Shown one piece after another: positions 33,432 to 47,900 of a stretch of DNA of 64,000 nucleotides. The stretch is from the NCBI GenBank assembly GCA_022605425.2, contig JAKIMF020000001.1, positions 2,617,471-2,681,470 on the forward strand, given 5' to 3'. A model generated the notes under the pieces. It was not told where the DNA came from, ran no database searches, and was given only the letters and a program-made list of their open reading frames with translations. The position numbers and the translations under genes were made by a program. How positions within the stretch are numbered: the stretch's first letter is position 1; the number at the start of each line of letters is the position of its first letter. The DNA is from Hamiltosporidium tvaerminnensis FI-OER-3-3. Taxonomy: Eukaryota > Fungi > Microsporidia.

Positions 33432-35282
33432 TTGATTGATTTTTACTATTTAAGTTTTGCAAAGGTTTTTTTGATACAAAGTGATCCAATTCAACCTCAA
33501 GAAATAGAAACATCAACGACCGAATTTCTTCAAAATAAACAAGAATCTTTCCAAGCGAATCCTCAGACATCTTATTTACATGAAAATTACATACCAGAAG
33601 AAAACATAGAAATAAGTTCTTTTGACAATGCATCACTACATATAACATGCAGCGATGCTAATAAAACTGTAAGTTCAATCTATTCACCTACTCCAATACC
33701 AGCATTCCATATTGCGTTTTCCGAAAAGGCAGGAAAAGAACGAATTTCGGAACATTTTGAAGAGGAATCCATGAAACGAGACGTAGTAAATAAACAATTT
33801 ACCACAGAAAATACATGCTCTCAACCAATAATAAACGATCTGTCTACATTATGTTATGAAGAGGTAAGTATTTTAAATCAGGAATTTCAGCCTGCGAATA
33901 AACCAGTAGAAATTCAAATAAATAGATCAATACCATATAATGTGAAAGAAAGCGAAACTATTAACAAAACGACATTTTTATCTACAAATAATGAAATTTT
34001 GGTTTATGAAGGAATCAAGAATAGGATTGCAGATGAGCCATCGTTCAATTGTTTTATGAACCAAATAATTTCTGAGAGAAATCTAGATAAAGTAAACCAG
34101 GAATCTGTTCAAGTAATAAAACAAGAATTACATAGAATTATTTTTAGTTCTGATTCTGTGAATAATTGCACCGAGAATAAATATACTGATGATGGTTTAG
34201 ACGAGGAAAATATCCTATTCAAGCTTAAAGATAAAAATTCAGAATTTTATCGCAACGAATATGAGACATACGAGGGTTTGAAAACAATCTTGAAGTTTAG
34301 AACAAAGCTTTTAAAATTCGAAAATACCTTTCTTTCCGAGCTAGCCACATCTGAATGGGCGAAAATAATCGAACAAAATATGTGTGTCAATCCTCTTGAG
34401 AATATTAAAAAATCAAAAATTAATCTAATATTTCCGGAGTTAAATCTTTTCTTTGAATCGTTTAAAGCAAACCAGTTTGACTATATTTCGAAAGGGGATA
34501 TATTATATGTGCATTATCTTTATGAAATTATGAGTCTTTTAACATATTCTATTTTTCAAAACAATGAATATTTTCTTAAAAATAAATCAGAGGATGAAAT
34601 TAGTCGTTCAAAAATCTTAATGAACAGAAGAATTTTCTTTATGAGAATTTTGATTTCAGAATTGTTTATTTCTTTTGAACAAGATATTTTGAAGGTACAG
34701 ATTTACCTACTTTAAAATTTATTACATTATTTCTCTACTCTTACCCTCAATAGAGCGGTTTACTTTAATACTCTTCTTTTTAAAATAAAAATCCGATATA
34801 TTTTTAGATTCATATTTGATACAAATATAAAAACAGGAGAAGATTTTAAAAATAGCTTGCTTTTAGGCCTTATATATCAACTGAAAATGCCCAATGCTTC
34901 AAAGTTATTACAAAAAGGATTGTTTGATTTATTTCTTAATTATTTTTGTATACCTATTTACATAGATTCGATTCAAGCTCTTATGAACATTTATAGAGAT
35001 AAATTTGGTAAGGTTTTACAAAATATTTTTAGCGTAGAAGAAGGAGAAATAAAGAATTTACACCAAAAAATAAATTTGTTAAATTTTTCGCAGAAAACAC
35101 AAACGCATGACAGTAGAATGCTGGAAATATTCTTAGAATTGGAATGCAGAATCAGTAATTTAGAGAGAAGAATTTCGAGAGGTTCTATTCAGTTTATGTC
35201 TTTTTACGCAAAAAGAGGCTATGCTAGTGTTTATAAAAGCATACTCAAACAGGCGGAATTATATTATCGAGTATCTAATTAA
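33432..35282 (+). pseudogene. Disrupted paralogue of the 660-aa protein (616 codons, one internal TAA, no ATG at the expected start)
   Basis: The 427-aa and 141-aa ORFs share a frame and only TAA 34713-34715 intervenes. Read-through KVQIYLL*NLLHYFS...IRYIFRFIFD aligns with KVETYRILNTISYYS...MRASFRFLFD. CCC at 33425-33427 is followed by TTG rather than ATG. ATTAAA overlaps the stop. Confidence 0.85.
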
Positions 35283-38200
35283 AGTATGTTTTTAAACAAG
35301 TGATTCATTTCTTTTATGGTTTTTTATTCGAATTAGACACCATGTTTGTTTAGATATAGTATATATTTGCTATGTACCTAATTTTATATTTTTTACAACT
35401 TATAAATCAAGTATTTTCCCATAAAAGTATATAAATGATTAATCTTTAAAATCCGGAGATTTTTTTTATTTTCGCTTCATTTTAATATTTTTTTATAACT
35501 GTAAATTTGATTCAAGATGATTCAGTTTCGCAGTAAGAAATTCAAACATCTGTCATTTCCGAGTTTGAAATTGTGGTTGAATAATTTCAGTTTAATATGA
35601 TGATGAAACCGTAATTTTGCTAAAATAGTTAATATACTGGAGATGAAAGCTATAAAAGTCATATTAATCAGATCATACAATAGCAACGAGAAAATATATA
35701 ATCTAAATAATTTTAATTTTTCGAGTCCATTCATATATTAACGAAGTTTAAAACTGTAAATGTTTTTCCTTAAAACTTTGAAGTAACTTACAAAATCAAA
35801 AAGACCTTTTATAGATAAAAGCTTTAGATTTGCTTGCTTCTCATAAGATAATTTTCTTTTTTTAATTTGTATGAATGCTTTTGTTTTTATTCCTTATATT
35901 TAAATTGAACAAAATAAAAACTTGTATGAGTATATTGTGCATCCAAAATTTTATTGTTACCTCAATTGTAAAAAATTTCAAAATAAAATTTTTACTTAAT
36001 AGCTTGATTAGACCTTTAATAAAGTATAATTTATTTTGCAACAGTTATGAATGCAAAAATAAGTGGCTAGGGTTTAAAATTAGATTTCTACAGCAATTTA
36101 AAGAAATCGTAGTTGCATATAAAATCGTTTTATAAAAAATTTATCATATAAAAATAGGAATATATTAATTTCGAACTTCATATATTTGCAAGATACATGA
36201 ACCATTTCGTTTATTCTGTTTTACAGAAATACGAATGAATAACCTTTATGTTTTGCAAGAAATAATGATAGTTCATTTTCACGATTTCAGAGAACTTGCA
36301 TCGTGATAGCAAAATTATAGAGGTATTCTTGCAAAAATTCAAAAGTTCTATAGGAAATATTAAATTAATATACAAGATCTAAAACTATAGCGTTTTAAAG
36401 ATTATAAAGTTTCATTGATTCAAAACGACCAAATGTAGCCTGTAAAAATCAACAGTGCTATTCCACATTGCATTATAGAATACAAAAATATTTAATGTTC
36501 ATTAACCATCCAAAAATTCTCTGTAATGATAAAAAATCTTATATATTTTTAATAAATTATTATCTTTGTACCATAACAATTTTCTGATATTAATATAATT
36601 AATAACAGTTTCATTAGTAAATTTTAAATTTGAAGCTGCTATTTTCAAATATATTAAGATGTTGCAAGATCAATTGTACTTCTAAATTAAAGTTTACAAA
36701 AAACTATTTTATTAAAAAACCTAAAAAAATTCCAAACATACCTAAAGCTCTCTTAAATACTATGACGCTAAAAATTTATTTTCAAATACCAAGATCTTTG
36801 ATTCTTGTTCTGTTTTTTGAGGCATTTTTAGGGCAACTTAATTTCCAAAGAGGTTTTTAAATGTGTTTATGTCTCTTTTCAGAATATATTTTTGAAATAC
36901 TCTGTATTACATATTGCATTTACATAAAAAAAAAAATTAATCGATGCCAAATAGCTATAGAATACGTCTAACGAAATTCTTGTATTTTCAATAATAAATT
37001 TATTTTAATGTTTCAATATTGACAAGAGATGCTTTTTTTAGTATGCTTCAAAAAAGCAACATTTATTAACATAGAAATCAGTATATACTATAAAAGTTCG
37101 ACTTTATGTAATTTATAGGCAGAGTTAAATGACTTATAAATATCTGGATGGTAACTGCAAAAATAACTGTATATATCGTTTTATATGCTGATGCACTATA
37201 GTTTTAAATGGAAAAATAATTTAGTTTGTGCATTTAAATTTATAATTTTTTTGCAATTGCCTATGAACACCAGTAATTTATTTGGTAAAAACTTTCTAAC
37301 GAATAGTTTCTCTAATATTTATATTGAATACAAAAAAACAAATGGCTTTTATATTTAGGACATATTTACAAAATAACCACTCTTTAATGACAAATGGTAT
37401 CATTTAATATGTATATTCAATAAAGCTTTACATTTTAACGCTGTGAATATAAATTTACAGACTTTTTAAATTTATCTTGAAATAGTTGAGATTTGTGTGA
37501 AAACAACAAAAATGACTGGTATAATTCAAGAGACAAATATTCTGTTTAAGTCAAAATTTTAAACTAAAAAATTGTAAAATACTTTAATAACTCGCTCCTT
37601 TTTTTGATTCCAACTTAACTTTTTTTGCAACCTTTGTAAGGTTAACGCGTTTAACTGTTATGTTTCATAAAAATTAGAGAAAATTTCGACTTACAGTTAA
37701 CCTACAATATGTTGATATTTGCTGCATTTCGAACAGTTTTGATTAGAAGTGTATTTAACAAGAGTTTCGATTTTAAATATTTTAAAGAAACATGCAAGGT
37801 ATTTTAATCCTTTGTTAATGAAAAAACTATTTAAAGCACAATTTATTATTTTTAATATATCTGGTTTTTACTCTCATCGCATCCAAAACTCCAATGATTT
37901 GGATTTTTAATAAAACATAATTTTTCGGTAAAAAGTATTTTTTTTATTATATTTAACATGAATCCTTTTATGAATACTATATAAAACAATATTAAAAACC
38001 GTAATTATTCTTTTAGTAAATGATTTAGTTTATATATTGTAAATTTTAAAAAACATATATGTCTTTATCAAGCAAATCCAGTGCTTTCTAATAGGGAAGT
38101 ATTCGTTTCGATTCCATGTAATTGAAAGTCAATATTTTAAAAAATAACACAATGTGCTATATTAAAAGATTTAGCCTCGATAAATCAATATAAACGATTA

Positions 38201-38599
38201 AAGAAACGCGTCTATCGCTTTTGAGTCAAAAACCGCTAATCTTTGTCATGTGTGTAATAAATAAACATTAAAAACATTTTCTTTAGATAAGAATTATTGT
38301 ATAAGTTTCATTTTAGTCATAAGATGAAGCACGTAAAAATTACTGTTGGATATTTGCTGCTTTGAGAACCAATTTTAAATATTTTGAGTAAAATTCTAGT
38401 TTTATATTGTATTAAAATGAATTTAACATGCTCGTACTCTTTCCTCATATGATTCGAAGAGGTAATATGAAAGATTCCACCCATTTTCTTTTTAAATTAT
38501 TATCTAGAGTTTTAATTCTGTTATTTAGTCATGAGGTCAAATTTTCCAAAAAATTATAGTATAATTTAGTATACAACTGATTACGTTTTTCTATTTTTT

Positions 38600-38900
38600 T
38601 AGCCCGAGCTACAATTTATTATATATTTTAGCTTAGAAACTATATATGATGTGTTGCTTCTAAGAATTGTATTTTTAACAAATATCGATTAGATTTCCGC
38701 ATAATTCTGCTTAGATAATTTTTCGATATTTTTACTATGTTCTTCAAAAATTTAAACAAGTTGAATGATCAAATACGCTTTGGACTTAGCAAAGCACCCA
38801 TGAACTCGAAAAATATAATTCAAATATAATTAAAAATTCGAATTTACTTTCCAGATAAAACCGTCTCATCAGTTTTGCTTCACACGAAAGAATGTCATGG
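38600..38900 (+). mobile_element. Decayed Ty3/Gypsy reverse transcriptase remnant
   Basis: SLETIYDVL, FLTNID*ISA*FCL (38672) and IRFGLSKAP (38773) occur in the order and approximate spacing of PLP.IDDLL, FTKLDL.SAY.QI and MPFGLSNAP. Confidence 0.55.
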
Positions 38901-41900
38901 TATGCTTTATCAATATTATGTAAAAGATAAAAGTTGTTCTATCAGACAAAATTAATTTTTTGTATAGATTTGAAAATATAATTACATTTGTTTGAATTAT
39001 ATTGTTTTTGATAATGACTCATTTGGAAATTATAAAATTCGTAAATTTTTATAATAATAAAGTAAAAATTACTCGAAATAATTCCACCTACAAAGTTTTT
39101 TTTTGCTTTCTTTTAAGCTTGCAAAGTTTTCTGTAAACAAATTTGAAAATAGTTTACATTTTTATGTTATTAGAATTTTTAAAAAACACAAATGTTTTAA
39201 ATAACTTTAAAAATGAAACCATCTAACATATTAAATCGAATGCTTTTGAACATCTTGATAAATTTTGGAATATTCCCAGGAAGTTCTTATAACAAGAGTT
39301 TTAATATTTTGCTTAACTATTTGTGTGCAAATAATCGAGCGCTTGGACCCGAAGACTTTCAATCATTAAACGTTTTTTTTTTCCGCTGTATTTATCCTGA
39401 AAAAGCAAATATTGTTTCTGTTTTTTACAGTTTTTATATTTGATTTTTTGAAAAATATTTGAGAACATAAATGATAATATGAGTAACATAAACTTACATC
39501 TATTGATATAATTATCAAAAAAGTGTCAAATGGCTTAAAATTTGTTGTAAAACCTAAATATTATTTTAAATAAGATTAAAAATAATTTATAACTATGATA
39601 AGATTAGATTTATTGATTAAGAATTTATCAAAATAATATTAGGCTTATTGCTATTTTGATAACTTAAAGTTCCTTGGATTTTTTTATCCATAAAATTCGG
39701 TTTATATTCTACGAGAAATCATGCACCAATATTTTTACGACTCAAAAGACATTCAGAAATATAAATGAAACACTTACTATAATATTATGAAGATAATTAT
39801 GAGTGTATTAATAACTAAAAGAGCCAAATTATCAATATATACTTTTGTAATAATCAAATTACAAAACGGAAATAATAGATATTAAGCTGTAAAAAACAAA
39901 AACAAGGCATTAAATATATAAATTGACAGTAAATAAAGGACAAACCTTTATCATATTTTATTTATACACCGATAAATAACTCTAATTTTCTGTGTCTTTA
40001 CAAACAATATGCGTTTGTCATAAAATATTAAAATAAAATTTTCAAAATTGCCTAGGTTTTTCATTGTTAGTAAATTTTTAAGCTAATAAGTCGATAAATA
40101 AAACTATATATTTACTCATTAAGATTTGTATTTATTAATATTAATTCACAAAAGCCTTATTTTTCAAAAGAAAAAAATAATATAAACTTTCGATCAACTC
40201 TTATGTTTATAGAGAGGAATAAATATATACACATGTTACCTATTGCCAGTGCTAATTTTATTGTAATGAATATGTTATTTAAACCATATTTTTTCATTTA
40301 TAAATCTTTCTTATAATTTGTTTTAAATATATAGAGAAAAAAGCAAAGATATACTTATTGCCATTGAAAAAAACTAAATATGTGGCTTCGAACAAAAAAT
40401 GAAATGTAAGTTTCCTGACCTAATGATCTCTTTTAAAAACAAATTGATTATTTGTCTGTTGGTGATAGTCATACTAACCGAATATAATAGGACCTTTTAT
40501 AGATTTTTGTGCCTATTTAAGAAAAATACTTTTAGTATCAAGCGATACTTTTATTTTTTTAAGTATTTTGATCAGTAGAAAAAAAGAATTAAAAAAATTT
40601 TTTTTTCACCAAAATTAAACTTTCAATCTATTTTCGTAGGAATTAATTTCTTTCTAAGGAGAAAACCTGCAAAGTTCTTATCTTTTCCTTGAATTTAAAT
40701 GCTATTTTTTTCATTCTTAGAATCTATTTTTAAATCATACAATTTCTACTATGTACTTTTCAGTAGTTTTGCATTTAAAACCAAAATAAAATAGCAAAGA
40801 CTCAAAATACGAATTATCATGATTATCTTATATTTACTATCCTAGATTTTTGAATATTTCTTATTCCACATCATAATAAGATATATTGACCATGACCAAT
40901 AAAAACGATGAACTCTTTTTTTATGTTCTGGTATGTGTAAATTATATTATTTAAGGAATATTTTTTATTTTGCTAGCTACCATCAAATGTAATATGATTG
41001 ATGCCAATATATATTTTTTAATATTTAAACATTCTTATAAAAATTTTATTGCACGAATATAAAAAAATTTATTCACAAAAAAATACTGGTTTAAATTTAA
41101 AGCACTAGAATTTTAGATTATAAGTTAAGGAAATAATATGTGGAATTGAAATATTTATATCTTAGATATAAACTTGGCAATATAATGTTTTTTCAGCTTA
41201 TTTATTAAAAAAATTCCAATTTATCTTTTTTTTTGAATATATGAAAGCCTGAATATTTTTTAAGTTATTCATAACATTTTTTAATTCGTAGATCGTTTAG
41301 TTTCCTTCACCATGTAGTATCTTCCAACCCAATAATTGACTTTTAATTAGTTTTAAATACTTGATATTTTATTAAAAAATTCATTATTTCGAGACACCGT
41401 TACAATTTATATTTTATGAAGACAATAAAATAAAACGGATGTTTTTATTTCAGCCATATTTAAAATAAATTCATACTGAATTAAATATGTTATTAACTAT
41501 TTTGAAACGTGTCTATTAAAATTGACAATAAAATGGTATATACCAGTGCGGATATTTTGAAAATCAACTTAATGAATATAATGCACAATATAATAAAATA
41601 TTAAGATAAATTTCGTTTTTAACTGAATTCCTAAAATAGGAATACTTCGATAAAATATGTATCAATAGAATATTTCATTTTATATTTTCATTTCAAATTT
41701 GTTTATTTTAATGAACGGTATTTCTATTATAATCAAATTCAATAAATAACTCATAAAGCAAATTAAAATAACAGTACAAACAAGAAAAAACATCAAAATA
41801 TTTTCTTTAAAACCGAAAAGATTATTTTGTACATCTTATCATAATTTTATTTTTTAAAAACTGTATTTTAAATATTTTAATGCAGTAAAAAATATTGTAA

Positions 41901-44900
41901 ACTACAAATTTAAATTTAATATATTTTTAATATAATCGATCCCAAAAATATAAATATCATAAAAGTATTACATATACTATTCGTTAAATAAAACCCTTTG
42001 CGATATAATATTTTAGATTATTTTATTCATAGAACAGATAAATTAAAATCATTATTATAGAGTTATACCAAATATAATATTTAACGATAAGATTGATTTC
42101 ATGAAAAATTAAAATAATATTGGAATTCAGAGAAAGTGTTTTAAAATAGATTTATTGTCATATGTACTATTTTTTGAATTATTTTTAATTTTCAGATTAT
42201 TTTAAACATTAATGCCATTTTATAATTTTGTAATTCTGGCTTTTTATAGCTTAAATGGTATGACCGTTGTGACCCATATTATCTTTATTTTCTAAAATAA
42301 ACTATTTGATTGTATCAGAACCCTCTAACAGAATATTTTCAACGTTTGCAGTATAACTAGACGCATCACCGTTAAAAACATAAAAGTATATATTTGAAAT
42401 GTTTAAACCAGCCTGTTTTAAAATCAAATTATTTCTTACTATAGTGGGTAGAAATGATAGTTTTTAAATTCAAACAAAAAACAAAATTTTCCAGTGCTTC
42501 TATGAAGAAATGGTTGAGACATATAATAACATGTTAAATTACCTTTCCACCTTTTTATTGTTACAGAAACATCCTAATATGAACAATAAAATTTACATTT
42601 AAAATTTTATCCTGAAATAGTGATTTAAACCGCCAGAGTAAATAAATTAAGAAAATTAAAATTAATATAACAACATATCTAATTTTATAATTTTCTGAAA
42701 AAGTCACATTTAATATTTTGAAATAATTTTGTCCTTATCTTCATTGGAAATATATGTTCTATTATACTTTTCTTTCAAATATACTAGTTAGGAAATACTT
42801 GTTGTCATTTTTAGTTAGTACTTTCTAAGTCTTAGATACACTATTTTAATAAATATATCACACCAGGATCTATCTAACAACCAAAAAAATAATCGATATA
42901 AAAGAAATTCTAGTCTGTAAAAACACATTACAACTAGAATTTCCATTAAACAAAGTATTTTTATTTCTCCTAACAAAATGATAAATTATATGTGATGCGA
43001 GAATATCAAAACCGTCTTTGTTATAACCGTTTATAATATTTTCTATTACCCTTTATAAATAGAGAATAAATTCTATAAATTGATCATTAAAATTTATTGC
43101 AAATATTACTCCCATTTGTTTCAAATACGAAAAACACTAAAAAATAAAATATGCGCTACTTTTAATTCAATATTAATACAGAAACATAAAAGTATTATAC
43201 CATGATATAAATAGATGAGCGTTATAACTTTAAAGGTTTTCCTTTAAAAAATCGTCTAATTTTTGAATAAATATTAAGATTTTGATTATTTAGTTCTGGA
43301 ATTTGAAAAATGAATTAGAAATAAATTGAATCGAGATTTAAATTTTTAAAAAAAATATTTGCATATCCGTGAAAAAATATAGATCTATCAACAAATAACG
43401 GTAGATTGGAAGCTTCGAATTAAAACAATTAAAAACGTTGTGAAATAAACAAAGAAAAGGATATATTGAAAAAAGACTTCGCTACAGATTTTCTTCTACC
43501 GGTATTAATCTATAGGCAATCATGTAAAATACTTAGATTAGATTCTTTAAATAAACTTATATAATACAAATTTTGGTTTTCCAGGCTCCTCTCAATAAAT
43601 CAATATTTTTTTAACATTTGATTAAATGTTTTTTGCCATTATACGTTTAAACTCTTGGAAATAGTTTTCTTCCTTTGGTTTTTATAGTGAAGTAAAAAGA
43701 TTTCTTTATTATTAATATTTGTTGTTTTCTTTGAGAAGACTATTGGTTCTTATGAATCTTTTTAAGAATAATATGTGTTTTCAGACACTAAGAAGTTGTT
43801 TTTTTGCAAGTAAATATTCGTTAAGAAATCAAAAAAATAAGATTTCAAAGGTTATCAAAAGCAAAAATAAATCTCGGAAAAACTTTCCAGGATTTTTAAC
43901 CCTATTAAAGCAAGCTTAGCACATAGTATTTGAATTTAAACATAATATCAAAGTATTTTTATCTGAATTGAAATAAACGTTTGGCCACGATATAAAACCA
44001 AAGAATTTTTATAGAAACTAGAAAGTGTATAATAAGAATCCAATACTCCCAAATCTAGTACCGAGGTATATTATTTAGATTTTTAGTATTTATGTTTAAG
44101 ATCTTATTCGGGAGAATGATGTTAAAGCTTTGTTGTTAATACTTTGAAGGCAAAGTAATTGCATCGTTATTATTTAAGACAAAAAAAAGACAACTGCCAT
44201 TAACAGTTAACAAACAAAATTTTGTTTTGGTTTCCTTTATGAGTAATTTTAAACTTATATAACTTATCAGAATTTTTTTTTTTTTTGCTTTTTAGTGTTC
44301 ATGATTTTTGTGCTAGTTATTATGTTTGGATACACCATAATAACAATGATTTTAATAATTTTAAGCTTTATATTTGGTCTTTATAAAATGACTCGTATAG
44401 TCTGAATAATTAATATAATACTTTGTTTGAATAATTGCAATTAGCATTAAGCTTTAAATTTATTATTTTTATTTAGAAAACAATTTAAAAGTAGTTTTTT
44501 AAATATAAAGCACAATTATAACAACCAAACTTAAATTTGAACAAAACTTTGTAGAATTCTAGTATTTGTTTTTTTTTAAAAATTTAGTCAGATTTGAGAA
44601 TTGTTATTTTCGGAGATTGAGGTATAGTTAAAATATAAATAGAGATTTTTTTTAAAATATTATTTGCACATATACAGATATAATAAAAACCTGGTTTTTT
44701 CTAGTAAAGAATATATAAATTATTGTAGTTTCGTTACTAGAAGAGCATTTTCCAAATACAAATTTTACTATTATATTTTTTTTAACGTATTAAACTAATA
44801 TTTAAATGTAGTTTTACAAAAGAATGAAACAAGTAACTCTTCAAACCAAACTCGAGATAATCTGATAATACTACTGCGTGACTAATAATAATCATTCTGA

Positions 44901-47900
44901 TATTAAAAATTTAAAAAAACCTAAAATTCACAAAACATCCAGTATAACTATAAAAATTCAACTATGATAAAAGAAAGTATTAAGGAAGTCTAAGAACTAA
45001 GTAGGATTTTATAGCTATCCCGTGCTTTTTCAAGAATGTCCTTCAATTGACGAAAACATACTTTTTTATGACGCCTGGTCAAATTTCATGATTTAATTTT
45101 TTTAACCATGAATTAATTGGTTTTTTTACAGAAATAAAATCAATAAAATCAAGTAAACTCCTCACAAAAATCTTTTACAGGACATCTTGAGATTTTAAAG
45201 ATGTGTTTTATTGAAAAATTTTATGATTATAAATAGGCTTAATAATTTTCTTCAATATAAGTTGCGCAAAATACAATTTTAAATGAAAGATAGCTCCAAA
45301 TTAATAATATAGCTAGATAAGAAAAAGCTTATCAAATAATTCAATATTCTCATACACATTCTATTTTGTTTGAACGTCTAATTTTCAAATATTTACTTAA
45401 ATATTTACCATAGAAATAATATTATTCACCGAAACCATTTTTCGACCCTTGATAAAAAAATATATTGACGAAAAATATGCAAAAATGCTAAACCAGAATC
45501 AATAATTTACACAATTTCAGCATATTTCTATGAGTTTCTAAATATAATGCTTTTATAAAAACGGTTCATGCTAAATCGTCTAATTAAAAACAAGCAGATA
45601 ATACCATATAATATATGAATTTTTATAAGAGTCATTAGAATAAAGTTTTTTTTCGCAAATGGCATCCTACCAGGCGATTATAAATATCACTATATATTCC
45701 TAGTTAAAAATTTTTCCATAAAATTCAAGCTACTTTATTTCGTTTAGAATATCATATTATTACGTTTATATGCCATGATCTATAGTTTTTAATATTATAC
45801 GTAATTTTAGCTTTATACAGAAACTTTTTCTCAATACTCTAAAGTCATACCTTAGAGAAATACTAAGGTTTTTAATCCATAATGTACATAAAGAAAGTTA
45901 AATATGCGCGGCCTTGTTTTGCGTTTGTAAGAGCTCTTTAACTAGCATACTTTAGAAAACAAAAATTTTCTATTAGACTTTGTAAAATGTGTATTATAGA
46001 AAAGGATAACACTATGAACAAAATAGCTTACAGCGAATAAATCTTTGCGACTTAGATTAAGTCTTCTTTTTTTAGCCTAGACATACAAACAGGTATAACC
46101 TGCTACTTAACATTCTGTTGGCGTAAGAATGTTATATTTTTGTATCATCCAGAGACTAAGTCTTCCGTTTAGTGTGACTGAACCTAGGCAAGGAATGTTT
46201 TTGGATACCGATAACTAAGATTCAGAATAGGTATAGAATCTAGTTATATAGAAAACTACAAAATTATTTATAGAAAAATCTGCAGGGCTTAAAGATCTTT
46301 TCATTTATTAAAAAGTCGTTTAAAACAAACAAAAACACTGTTTTTTGATTAAACCAAGGATTCAAACTATAATCATCCCAGAAATTTAACTTTATATTGC
46401 TCTTAAGATAGCTTTCCTCGTTGGATGACCAATTTTAGCCGATATTAATCCAAAAAAATTTTATTATAGGACTAGAATGTTTATAACAATTAGAAAGAGA
46501 AATATTTTCTCGGTAAAGTATATTTTTAACACAGAAGAGTAAAATTTCTTTTGAAGTAACTTGTGAGGTTTTCTATTATTAAAAGGGGTAACTTAACCAA
46601 ACCTGTCTAAAGAATAACTATTAGGTCTTATATTTTTCTCTTCAGAGTTAATAAAACAAAAATTAATAAATTTTTATGTTCTGAATTATTTTCCAAAAAA
46701 CAGGCTCTTCTTTTTTTGTAGTATGAACGAATAGGTCTTAATATTCCCTTTAAACCGTTCCATTTAATAAATATACAAGGATACAAAGTTCTCAAACAAT
46801 CTTAGATTTTTTTTATCTTTTATTCACATACACTGTTAATAATCAAAAATAGTCTTCTTTACCGATTTAAACAAATAACTTTTCTCTCGGATTTTTTTTA
46901 ACTTGCATAGCCATGAAGTATTTTTTAATCTAATATTCAAGACAATATTCAGATCACGCTTCATTTTATTTAATTTCAAGGGTGCATATAGATCCCTCAT
47001 TTGCATATTATTATTTAAATTTTGCAAAATATTAGATAATTTAAATTGCTATCACAATATAATTTTCATGTATTAATCATGAGATTTTAGTTTTTAAATA
47101 CTTATATAACTTTATTAAAAATTGGTGGCATTAATCCCGATTTTCTCTAAGAATATTAAAAAACTTAACACAATTTAATTAATATAAACGTCGTTTTGCT
47201 TAGTATGTGAATATACTCAATAACCTATTATAAAAACCTTTCATACATATATTATGTTTTGTTTTGACAGAGAAAAACATATCTGTAGGAGGTCTCATAT
47301 ATCTAATCATTTCCAAAAAGATTTTTAGAAATTTAAAAAAATGTTTGTAAAAACGTCAACAACTTTACAGTTATCAATGAAGGATGATTTCACATAAAAA
47401 TTCTAAAATTATCGAAAAACCGTAACAAACCGCTATTTCAAAACTAAAGAAAATAGATTAATGATCACAGAACTGAGTTATTTAAAACATTTAAAAATAA
47501 ATTCATTTAGACTGTAAAGTCAATGTTAACTTTTGCAAGAATATACTTGTACTTTTTAAATGCAACAAAAATTAAATCCAAATGTACATTAGTTGATTAT
47601 TAATACTTAAATTATACCAATAAATATATTTAAAAAAGAAAACTATAAACACATTAATTTTTAGGTTTTAAATTAAATCAATGTACCATTTACCGTCATT
47701 TCAAAAATCCATATTGTACAATTTTTATTTAGTTCAGATGTTAGATTTATACATAATTAATAGTAAGTTTAATGTATATACTTAAATTCGCTGGTGGGTC
47801 AATTTTTTACTTTATAAAGGGTATTTTAAATACAAAATGGCCAAAAATACTTCTTTGGTTCAAAATGAAGAATTTCCAATATATTTATATAAACGTTATA

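Noticed and set aside
13824-34715. Alternative genetic code (TAA read as sense), suggested by single in-frame TAA stops at 13824 and 34713
   Set aside because: TAA is the true terminator of the 660-aa, 571-aa and retroelement ORFs, next to poly(A)-like signals. The long ORFs contain no other internal TAA, and the other internal stops are TAG and TGA.
38835-38880. Second hammerhead candidate (minus-strand CTGATGA...GAAA)
   Set aside because: Stem I and the base of stem II do not pair, and it lies within a Gypsy RT relic.
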